Positions 8,174-15,614 of a stretch of 64,000 bases of DNA are shown here, one piece after another. Made by a program: the position numbers and the translations under genes. Numbering within the stretch: the first letter of the stretch is position 1; every line of letters begins with the position of its first letter. Source of the DNA: an uncultured Acidobacteriota bacterium (GTDB lineage Bacteria > Acidobacteriota > Terriglobia > Terriglobales > Acidobacteriaceae); NCBI GenBank assembly GCA_903832055.1, contig CAILAC010000012.1, positions 84,991 through 148,990 on the forward strand, read 5' to 3'. Below the pieces are notes generated by a model. That model saw only the letters and a program-made list of their open reading frames with translations. It did no database searches and was not told where the DNA came from.

Positions 8174-8212
8174 GAGAAACCCAGGTCTGAAAATCCAGAC
8201 CTGGGGCACCCG
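8174..8212 (+). repeat. REP-like element, class 2, copy 1 (10-bp stem hairpin 8180-8205)
   Basis: Sequence gagaaaCCCAGGTCTGaaaatcCAGACCTGGGgcacccg, 38/39 identical to 11458-11496 in the same orientation. Confidence 0.9.
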
Positions 8213-8290
8213 CGTTTGCTGCTTTTCGGACTTGCGTTACCCGCCCAACGGTACACTAGGGGTAGGGCATTTCCCTTTTGGTGTGGTGGG

Positions 8291-11200
8291 TTGCGGGAAC
8301 TTTTGGACAAATTGAATCCTGAGCAGCGGGCGGCTGTTGAGACTGTTGACGGGCCGGTGTTGATTTTGGCTGGGGCGGGGTCGGGGAAGACGCGCGTTAT
8401 TACCTTTCGCATCGCCTATCTGATTCAGGAGCATGGGGTTGCGCCGGATTCGATACTGGCGGTCACGTTTACGAACAAGGCTTCGAAGGAGATGGGCGAG
8501 CGGATTGACCGGCTGCTCGAACGCGGTTCGTTGACCAAGCCGCTGATTGCAACGTTTCACTCGCTGTGTGTGCGGATTTTACGGCGGGACATTGAGGCGC
8601 TGCGGATTGGGACCGGGCCCACGGCCACCGGGCTGACCAAGGATTTTGCCATCTACGACGAGAACGACCAGCAGGCGATTGTGAAGACAATCATGAAGCG
8701 GATGGGCCTCGACACCAAGCAACTGACGCCGCGCAATGTGCTGGGCAAGATTTCGTGGGCGAAGAGCCACATGATCGATCCGCAGGAGTTTTACCTTGGC
8801 TCTTCTGACCCCGGCTCGGAGCGGATTGCTCACATCTACGAGGCGTACCGCAAGGAGATGGCGAAGAACAATGCGCTGGACTTTGACGATCTGCTGCTGG
8901 AGACGGTGCGGCTGCTGAAGTCTTCAAGCGAGGTACGGGAGCGGTACCAGCGGCGCTATAAATATCTGCTGGTGGACGAGTACCAGGACACCAACCGTCC
9001 GCAATACGAAATGATGAAGCTGCTGGCAGGTGACCGCAGGAACGTCTGTGCCGTGGGAGACGAGGACCAGAGCATCTATTCGTGGCGCGGGGCCGATATC
9101 CGGAACATTCTGGAGTTTGAGCAGGATTTCCCGAACGCGAAGATTGTGCGGCTGGAGCAGAACTACCGGTCAACGCAGGTGATTCTGGAGGCGGCTGGAG
9201 CTGTTGTCGCCAACAACGCGCAGCGCAAGGGCAAGACGCTGTGGACGGAGCGCGATGGCGGGTCGCTGGTGGGGTACTACGAGGCTCCGGATGGGGAGAA
9301 CGAGGCCTTGTTTATCGCCGACAAGATCAACAAGTACCTGCGTGAGGCGACGTCAGAAAACCGTGACGCTGCGAAGTGCGCGGTGCTTTACCGGACGAAT
9401 TCGCAGTCGCGGCTGGTGGAAGAGGCGCTGCGGCGGTACGGAATCAAGTACACGATGGTGGGCGGATTCAGCTTTTACGAGCGGGCCGAGATTCGCGACA
9501 TGCTTTGTTATCTGAAGCTGGTGCAGAATCCCGATGACTCGGTGGCTTTGCAGCGCGTTGTGAACACGCCGACGCGGGGAATTGGGAAGACGACGCTGGA
9601 GACGCTGGAGAGGATGGCTCTCGAAACGGGCGTTTCGACGTGGGCGGCGATTGGCGAGGCGATTCGGGGGCGGCTGATTCCGGCGCGGGCGTGTCTGGCG
9701 CTGGAGGGGTTTCAGCAGCTGATCAAGGATGCGCGGGCGCTGATGAATCCGGATTTTGCGGGGGCACTGGCGGCGGATTTGAAGGGAGCGGCGGCTGAGG
9801 CGGCTGAGCAATCGGAAGCGGATGTGGATTTTGGATTTGGCGAGAACACGAGCTTTGATTTTGGGGATGCGGGCGAGGCTACGGATTTTGATTTTGGCGG
9901 GGCGGCGGAGGTAGAAGCGCCAGTGGCCGAAGTGCCGATGGCGGAATTACCAATGATGGAATTGCCAATGATGGAATTACCCATGATGGACGCGCTGATG
10001 CTTTCGCCCTTTCACAAGAGCGCGGCCAAGGTGACGCCGCGCAGGATTGCGGCGCGGGTGAGCCGGGCGGAACTGGAGGACAAGCCGCGGGGAATTCTGG
10101 ATACCAGTCTCGATGCTTCGGCTGGTTTCAGGAAGCCGGGCGAGCGCGGGACGCTGCCGGAGCTGATCCGGTTTTTGATTGACCGCAGCGGATACATCAA
10201 GGTGCTTGAGGCTGAAGGGTCTCCGGAGGCTATCAGCCGGATCGAGAATCTGAAAGAACTGGCGAATGCGGCGCAGGATGCAGAGGGTCGCGGGGAGACG
10301 CTGAGCGAATTTCTGGACCATGCGGCGCTGGTTTCTGACACGGACAAGTTTGATGCGGATGCGCGGGTGACGCTGATGAGCCTGCACGCGGCCAAGGGGC
10401 TGGAGTTTCCGCTGGTGTTTTTGGCGGGGCTTGAGGAGGGGCTGTTTCCGCATTCGCGGACGCTGAACGACCCGAACGGCCTCGAGGAAGAGCGGCGGCT
10501 TTGCTATGTGGGCATGACGCGGGCGATGGATACGCTGGTGCTGACGCGTGCGGAGTACCGGAGGCGGTATGGCAACGATGCTCCTGAGAGAAGTACGCCT
10601 TCGCGGTTTCTCGAGGAGATACCGGGGCGGCTGATGGAGAATCTCGGCTCGCCACGGGGTACGACGGGCTATGGCGGGAATGCTTCGTTCTCTGGGCGCG
10701 GGCCAGGGTATGGGTATGGCCGCGGCGACTCGGATGCTGGCGATTTTGGCGGGCATTACAGCTATGAGGATGAGGACCAGAGCGGGGCGGCGACTGTCGG
10801 CCGGGCTCCCGCTGGGAATTATGGCGGCCTGAAGGCGACGCCGTATCCGAAGCCCGGGGTGACGGTCTGGCCGCCGCAATTGAAATCGAGCGGGGCCGGC
10901 GCAGCGGGGAAGCCAGTTGAAAAGGGTCCCGATTCGCTGGACAATATCGCGCAGTTTTTTGGCGGACGGGGCGGTGTTGGTGGCGCTGGCGGCGGGTATG
11001 CGCGGCCAAAGATGGAGATTCCGCAGACGGTTGCAGTGGCGGGTTTGAAGAAGGGGAGCCGGGTTCGTCACGGAAAATATGGCGAAGGAACCATTATTCT
11101 CCGCGAGGGAGACGGAGAAGATGCGAAACTGACAGTACACTTTGTTAAATTTGGGGTGAAGAAGCTCATCGAAAAGTTTGCGCAACTGGAAAAGATGTAG
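8291..11200 (+). CDS. uvrD: ATP-dependent DNA helicase UvrD/PcrA with long low-complexity inserts and a C-terminal Tudor-like domain
   Basis: SF1 motifs are present: AGAGSGKT, DEYQDTN, QNYRS, VLYRTNSQSR, LMSLHAAKGLEFPLVFL, EEERRLCYVGMTRA. The ORF-track start 8216 is a TTG inside or adjacent to the REP. TTG 8291 (MRELLDKLNPEQ) or 8303 fits the family N-terminus better, so the start is uncertain. Confidence 0.9.
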   Translation: MRELLDKLNPEQRAAVETVDGPVLILAGAGSGKTRVITFRIAYLIQEHGVAPDSILAVTFTNKASKEMGERIDRLLERGSLTKPLIATFHSLCVRILRRDIEALRIGTGPTATGLTKDFAIYDENDQQAIVKTIMKRMGLDTKQLTPRNVLGKISWAKSHMIDPQEFYLGSSDPGSERIAHIYEAYRKEMAKNNALDFDDLLLETVRLLKSSSEVRERYQRRYKYLLVDEYQDTNRPQYEMMKLLAGDRRNVCAVGDEDQSIYSWRGADIRNILEFEQDFPNAKIVRLEQNYRSTQVILEAAGAVVANNAQRKGKTLWTERDGGSLVGYYEAPDGENEALFIADKINKYLREATSENRDAAKCAVLYRTNSQSRLVEEALRRYGIKYTMVGGFSFYERAEIRDMLCYLKLVQNPDDSVALQRVVNTPTRGIGKTTLETLERMALETGVSTWAAIGEAIRGRLIPARACLALEGFQQLIKDARALMNPDFAGALAADLKGAAAEAAEQSEADVDFGFGENTSFDFGDAGEATDFDFGGAAEVEAPVAEVPMAELPMMELPMMELPMMDALMLSPFHKSAAKVTPRRIAARVSRAELEDKPRGILDTSLDASAGFRKPGERGTLPELIRFLIDRSGYIKVLEAEGSPEAISRIENLKELANAAQDAEGRGETLSEFLDHAALVSDTDKFDADARVTLMSLHAAKGLEFPLVFLAGLEEGLFPHSRTLNDPNGLEEERRLCYVGMTRAMDTLVLTRAEYRRRYGNDAPERSTPSRFLEEIPGRLMENLGSPRGTTGYGGNASFSGRGPGYGYGRGDSDAGDFGGHYSYEDEDQSGAATVGRAPAGNYGGLKATPYPKPGVTVWPPQLKSSGAGAAGKPVEKGPDSLDNIAQFFGGRGGVGGAGGGYARPKMEIPQTVAVAGLKKGSRVRHGKYGEGTIILREGDGEDAKLTVHFVKFGVKKLIEKFAQLEKM
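9929..9988 (+). repeat. in-frame 15-bp tandem repeat (4 units) inside uvrD, encoding E-[VL]-P-M-[AM]
   Basis: Units are gaagtgccgatggcg / gaattaccaatgatg / gaattgccaatgatg / gaattacccatgatg. The last three differ by one base each. Confidence 0.95.
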
Positions 11201-11272
11201 ACGGGCGTGAACGTAGATCGCGGGTGAGATTTCCCCAGGACAAGATTTCAAGCGAAAAGAGAAGAGAAGACC

Positions 11273-11431
11273 ATGGCAGATACCACCAAGATTGAAGACG
11301 TACTGGAACGAAAGAAGCTGAAGCGCGCCGCACGCAAGGCGGCCGCTCCCAAGGGCCCTCGTGTGGGCGCACGCGGCGAAAACAAGCAGAAGCTGAAGAA
11401 GGCTGCGCGCGGACAGAGCAAGCGTAAGTAG
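11273..11431 (+). CDS. small, highly basic protein (52 aa), not in the ORF track
   Basis: ATG 11273 follows a purine-rich stretch (aaaagagaagagaagacc). Translation: MADTTKIEDVLERKKLKRAARKAAAPKGPRVGARGENKQKLKKAARGQSKRK*. The REP hairpin begins 27 nt after the stop. Confidence 0.35.
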   Translation: MADTTKIEDVLERKKLKRAARKAAAPKGPRVGARGENKQKLKKAARGQSKRK

Positions 11432-11457
11432 TTGAGGCACCCGGATTTTTGGAGTTC

Positions 11458-11496
11458 GAGAAACCCAGGTCTGAAAATCCAGACCTGGGGTACCCG
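11458..11496 (+). repeat. REP-like element, class 2, copy 2 (hairpin 11464-11489)
   Basis: Sequence gagaaaCCCAGGTCTGaaaatcCAGACCTGGGgtacccg, with one mismatch to copy 1. Confidence 0.9.
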
Positions 11497-11650
11497 AGCA
11501 GTTGCGAAGACAGTTTGAGTTGTGCAAGGGGTTCCTGAGATTGTTTTCAGGAGCCCTTTGCAGTCTTGTATAGTTGGGCAAACATGATTGCCCGGAATGA
11601 GCTGAAAGCGCTTATTCTGAGTTGAAATTTGTCGGACGAGGAGCTTTATC

Positions 11651-13201
11651 CTGGCTAGCCAACTGCTCAAGCGCAAGTCAATTGACAAGCTGATCCTGGA
11701 CTCCCAGGATCCTGAACACAGCCTGAAGAAGACGCTCGGCCCGTGGTCGCTGACGGCGCTGGGCATTGGTGCGGTGATCGGCTCGGGCATCTTTACGGTG
11801 ATCGGGACGGCGATTTCTGGCGAGAAGTTTGACACGACAAGCGTGCTGAACACGCCGCTGGCGGACTACCTGATAACGCATACGGCGCTGGCGGGGCGGC
11901 CGGGTGCGGGGCCAGCGCTGGCGATTTCGCTGGTGCTGGTGGCGATTGTGTGCGGGCTGACGGGGCTGTGCTACGCAGAGCTGGCCTCGATGATTCCGAT
12001 TGCCGGGTCGGCCTACACGTATACCTATGCGACGCTGGGCGAGCTGGTGGCCTGGATTATCGGCTGGGACCTGATTCTGGAGTACGCCGGGTCAAACATG
12101 ACGGTGAGCGTTGGGTTTGCCGCGCATGTAGTGGATTTGCTGGACTGGTTTGGGCTGCATCCGTCGGCGCGATGGATTTCGCCGGCGTATCTGCCTGCCG
12201 GATTGCAGGACCTGGCGGGCAATGACCTGTATGCGCCGGGCTGGCATTTTGGATTCAATATACCGGCGTTTTTGATTGTGCTGCTGCTGACTGTCGTGCT
12301 GGTAAGGGGCATCCGGGAGACGGCGGAGGCCAACAATGTGATGGTGGGCCTGAAGCTGACGGCGATTTTGATTTTCATTTTTGCTGCGCTCGAATACATC
12401 CATCCGACGAACTGGCACCCTTTTGCGCCGAACGGGATGTCGGGAATCCTGGCTGGCGGATCGATTATCTTCTTTACGTATATCGGGTTTGATTCGGTTT
12501 CGACGGCGGCGGAGGAGTGCAAGAATCCGCAGCGGGATCTGCCGATTGGCATTATCGCCACGTTGGTGGTGTGCACGGTGCTGTATGTGGCGGTGGCGGT
12601 TTGTTTGACCGGTTTGGTGCCGTGGCAGTCAATGGTCGGCGATGCGGCGCCGGTGGTAAATGCGCTGAAGAAGCTTTCACTGACGCCGGACGGGCATCCG
12701 CTGCACTGGGTAAGGCTGGCGGTGCTGTTTGGCGCGCTGACGGGCATGCTTTCTTCGCTGCTGGTGTATCAACTGGGGCAGTCGCGGGTGTGGTTCTCGA
12801 TGTCGCGGGACGGCCTGCTGCCGAAGATTTTCAGCCGGGTCCATAAAAAGTACAGGACTCCCGCGTTTTCGACGTGGGTGGCGGGATTTGTTGTCGCGAT
12901 TCCCTCAGGACTCTTTGACATCGGAACGCTGGCTGACCTGTCGAATATTGGCACGCTGTTTGCGTTTGTGCTGGTTTCGATTGGGGTGCTGGTGTTGCGC
13001 TACCGTGAGCCGGAGCGGCGGCGCGGGTTCCGGGTGCCGGGGGGGCCGGTGATCCCGGCATTGAGCATTGTTTTCTGCGTTCTGCTGATGAGCGGGCTGC
13101 CGATTATTACCTGGATGCGGTTTTTCGTCTGGCTGGTAATCGGTCTGGTGATCTACTTCTTCTACAGTCGGCACCGGTCGGAGTTTGCGTCGGGGAAGTA
13201 G
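11651..13201 (+). CDS. APC-superfamily amino acid permease (cationic amino acid transporter-like)
   Basis: 12-TM-like hydrophobic protein. The conserved TM1 block LGPWSLTALGIGAVIGSGIF lies upstream of the first canonical start (GTG 11774). The frame is open from 11621 after TGA 11618-11620. AGGAG at 11638-11642 precedes ATC 11648 / CTG 11651. The start coordinate is uncertain. Confidence 0.8.
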   Translation: MASQLLKRKSIDKLILDSQDPEHSLKKTLGPWSLTALGIGAVIGSGIFTVIGTAISGEKFDTTSVLNTPLADYLITHTALAGRPGAGPALAISLVLVAIVCGLTGLCYAELASMIPIAGSAYTYTYATLGELVAWIIGWDLILEYAGSNMTVSVGFAAHVVDLLDWFGLHPSARWISPAYLPAGLQDLAGNDLYAPGWHFGFNIPAFLIVLLLTVVLVRGIRETAEANNVMVGLKLTAILIFIFAALEYIHPTNWHPFAPNGMSGILAGGSIIFFTYIGFDSVSTAAEECKNPQRDLPIGIIATLVVCTVLYVAVAVCLTGLVPWQSMVGDAAPVVNALKKLSLTPDGHPLHWVRLAVLFGALTGMLSSLLVYQLGQSRVWFSMSRDGLLPKIFSRVHKKYRTPAFSTWVAGFVVAIPSGLFDIGTLADLSNIGTLFAFVLVSIGVLVLRYREPERRRGFRVPGGPVIPALSIVFCVLLMSGLPIITWMRFFVWLVIGLVIYFFYSRHRSEFASGK

Positions 13202-13223
13202 CCTTGCTTCAAGGGGGACACAG

Positions 13224-13625
13224 ATGATGAGCCCGCCGGTAATATCTGGAATTTCGCCCTCGTTCATCGTTCGTAACATCACGAATTCTGTGGTTTTCTA
13301 TCGCGATGCATTGGGCTTCGAAGTCATGTTTCAGGAGCCCGAGAACGACCCTTTCTTTGCGATCGTTGTTCGCGATGGAGCGATGCTCTTCCTGAAAGTG
13401 GTGGGCGTGGATCCGCTGCCGAATGCGAAACGTCATCCCTGGGCGAGGTGGGATGCCTACGTTACTGTGGCTGATCCGGATGCTCTGGCGGCTGAGTTTC
13501 TGGCGCGCAATGTCGCTTTTTCCGTTCCGCTGCAGGATACCTCGGATGGCTTGCGGGGCTTTGAGTTGGAAGATGCCGATGGCTATGTGCTGTTTTTTGG
13601 CCGGCCTCATGAAAATTCAAAGTGA
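13224..13625 (+). CDS. VOC / glyoxalase-bleomycin resistance family protein
   Basis: ATG 13224 follows aaggggga. The sequence has the VOC pattern: FIVRNITNSVVFYRDALGFEV...FFAIVVRDGAMLFL...GLRGFELEDADGYVLFFG. Confidence 0.8.
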   Translation: MMSPPVISGISPSFIVRNITNSVVFYRDALGFEVMFQEPENDPFFAIVVRDGAMLFLKVVGVDPLPNAKRHPWARWDAYVTVADPDALAAEFLARNVAFSVPLQDTSDGLRGFELEDADGYVLFFGRPHENSK

Positions 13626-13683
13626 GTTGCTGAAGGCGTTTGCCAAATCTTCCCCGACGCAGTTAGGCGCACTAGAATTAGGT

Positions 13684-14727
13684 ATGTCTGACGAAGTCTA
13701 CGATTTCATACGCCGGTTGCCCAAGGCGGAGTTGCATCTGCATCTGGAGGGAACGATTGAGCCCGCGACGCTGGTGGAGCTGAGCGAGCGGGTGGATGTT
13801 GGCCCGGATGCGGAGCCAATGACGCGCGAAGCGGCTGAAGCGCTGTACCAGTACAAGGACTTTTCTGGATTTTTGAACGCCTTCAAGACGGTGACCCGGC
13901 GACTCCGTGGCCCTGCCGAGTATGAACTTGCCGCGTGGCGGATGTTGGAGCAGTTGGCAGCGCAGGGCGTGGTGCACGCGGAAGTCTATATTTCTGTAGG
14001 GGTTGTCTATTTCTGGCGCAAGGAAGAGGATGCTCACGACCCACAGCTTTTTGAGAAGATCTTTGCCGGTCTGGAACGAGCGCGGGAGCGCGGCGAGCGG
14101 GAGTTGGGGGTAACGCTCTATTGGATTTTTGACGCGGTGCGGCATTTTTCTGTACCGGAGGCGGAGCGGGTCTTTCGGCTGGCGGCCCGAATGAAAGCGG
14201 AGTATCCCTCGATTATCGGCATTGGCCTGGGCGGGGATGAACGAGTGGCTGGCTCCGAGCCGTTTCGCGCCATGTATGCTGAGGCCGCTGAGGCTGGGTT
14301 GCGGCTGACCAACCATGCCGGGGAGACGACCGGACCGGAGGCGATCTGGGAGGCTCTGAGCATTGGTTCAGAACGGTTGGGACATGCGCTCTCGGCGATT
14401 CACGACGCCGAACTGCTTGAGGAATTGAAGAAACGCCAGACGCCGCTGGAGTTGAATCCGAGTTCGAACGTGCGGACCGGCGTCTGCGAATCGTTTGTCG
14501 AGCACCCGTTGCGGCTGTATTTTGACGCTGGGCTGATGGTTACCATCAATTCAGATGACCCGGCGTTTTTTGGGTCGAACGTGGAAAACGAGTACCGGCT
14601 GGCCCACGCACTGCATGGATTTGCGCATAACGAATTGAAGAGACTGGCGTCCAACTCGTTCAAGGCGAGTTTTTTGCCGGAGGCAGTAAAAGAGCATTGG
14701 CTCGCCCAAATTGAATCATTGCACTAA
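13684..14727 (+). CDS. add: adenosine deaminase
   Basis: ATG 13684 inside ORF 13423..14727. Motifs LPKAELHLHLEGT, NHAGE, RLGHA, TINSDDPAFF. Confidence 0.9.
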   Translation: MSDEVYDFIRRLPKAELHLHLEGTIEPATLVELSERVDVGPDAEPMTREAAEALYQYKDFSGFLNAFKTVTRRLRGPAEYELAAWRMLEQLAAQGVVHAEVYISVGVVYFWRKEEDAHDPQLFEKIFAGLERARERGERELGVTLYWIFDAVRHFSVPEAERVFRLAARMKAEYPSIIGIGLGGDERVAGSEPFRAMYAEAAEAGLRLTNHAGETTGPEAIWEALSIGSERLGHALSAIHDAELLEELKKRQTPLELNPSSNVRTGVCESFVEHPLRLYFDAGLMVTINSDDPAFFGSNVENEYRLAHALHGFAHNELKRLASNSFKASFLPEAVKEHWLAQIESLH

Positions 14728-14808
14728 AGCTTCAGTGCGCTCCCACGTTCGTGCGCTGGACACTGGAAGCTGATGGTGCGTTATGATGTGCTCAGGAGGA
14801 GTCCCCCC

Positions 14809-15021
14809 ATGTCCGAATCCGAAGCATCCACCCCTATTGAAACCAGCAACAATACACTACGCGCTATCGGGTGGGTCTCGCTCGGTGTCGGCATTGCCGC
14901 AGTGGGCATTGTTGTGGGCCGCGAACTCCGCAAGCGGTATCAGTTCAACCACCGCACTCCGTATGATTTCTATGCCAATGCCGGGACGCAGGCTGCGTCT
15001 GAGTTTGGCATGGGGGTGTAG
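14809..15021 (+). CDS. small single-TM protein (70 aa)
   Basis: ATG 14809 is preceded by AGGAGGA (14794-14800) with about 8-nt spacing. One hydrophobic helix: AIGWVSLGVGIAAVGIVVG. Confidence 0.5.
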   Translation: MSESEASTPIETSNNTLRAIGWVSLGVGIAAVGIVVGRELRKRYQFNHRTPYDFYANAGTQAASEFGMGV

Positions 15022-15592
15022 CATCGGCCGACAACTGCTGGTTTTACTCGCAGCAGTTTGCATGACGATTTCGCTGGCTGGATGCGGAGGGGTGGCGCAC
15101 GCCAACCGAAATATCGCCTTTATGGGCGACTCGATCACAAACTTCTGGTGGCTTCCCGAGACAAATTATGGGGTGCCCGGTGATGTGACGAGCCAGATGC
15201 TCGCTCGTTTTCCATCCCAGGTGCTTGGTCATCACTACAAGGCCGTCGTAATCCTTGGCGGAACCAACGACATGCGTCACAAGACGCAGACGGTTCCGCA
15301 GGAGGTCGACCTGGCGATAAGCAACCTGCAGGCGATGGCCGCGATGGCCGAGAGCGAGAAGATGGTCGTCGTGCTGTGCACGATTCCGCCGATTCGCAAT
15401 TTGAATGAGCGCGTGGTTCCGCTGAATCAAGCGATTGAAGCCCTGGCTCAGGAGCACCATTACAAGCTGGTGGATTACTTCACGCCAATGGTCGGCCACC
15501 CGGAATACTTTCGGGATGGGCTGCACCCTTCCGATGAGGGCTATTTTGTCATGCAGCAGGCACTGGCAAAGGTGCTGCCGCTGGACTACTGA
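15005..15592 (+). CDS. SGNH/GDSL hydrolase lipoprotein
   Basis: SGNH blocks FMGDSIT, ILGGTNDM and DGLHPS. With TTG 15005 the N-terminus is MAWGCSIGRQLLVLLAAVCMTISLAGCGG, which has a lipobox LAGC. ATG 15062 would leave no signal peptide. The start is uncertain. Confidence 0.75.
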   Translation: MAWGCSIGRQLLVLLAAVCMTISLAGCGGVAHANRNIAFMGDSITNFWWLPETNYGVPGDVTSQMLARFPSQVLGHHYKAVVILGGTNDMRHKTQTVPQEVDLAISNLQAMAAMAESEKMVVVLCTIPPIRNLNERVVPLNQAIEALAQEHHYKLVDYFTPMVGHPEYFRDGLHPSDEGYFVMQQALAKVLPLDY

Positions 15593-15614
15593 GGCAGCAC
15601 CTTCGTTACGAAAG

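Larger units (their letters stand above)
7347..8212 (+). mobile_element. REPtron-like unit: RAYT gene plus a downstream array of palindromic repeats
   Basis: The RAYT CDS is followed within 420 nt by a 38-bp tandem duplication, an inverted pair of about 65-nt two-hairpin elements, a 7-bp-stem hairpin (8041-8057) and a 39-nt REP of a second class. Confidence 0.6.

Noticed and set aside
7813-9988. CRISPR-like arrays (the 38-bp x2 repeat at 7813-7888 and the 15-bp x4 repeat at 9929-9988)
   Set aside because: Both repeats are directly adjacent, with no spacers. One is coding and in frame within uvrD. No cas genes are present in the window.
11431-11457. A possible truncated third copy of the class-2 REP (ggcacccggatttttggag) just upstream of copy 2
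   Set aside because: The similarity is limited to short runs and requires an internal deletion to align, so it is too weak to call.
9977-11581. A 534-aa minus-strand ORF, the longest unexplained ORF in the track
   Set aside because: It lies antisense to the strongly supported uvrD gene. Its translation is Arg/Pro/Ala-rich low complexity with no motif. This is the typical shadow ORF of high-GC DNA.
14783-15004. The N-terminal 74 codons of ORF 14783..15592
   Set aside because: This part overlaps the better-supported small TM gene (which has a strong AGGAGG RBS) in another frame and has no SGNH similarity. The lipoprotein signal begins at TTG 15005.
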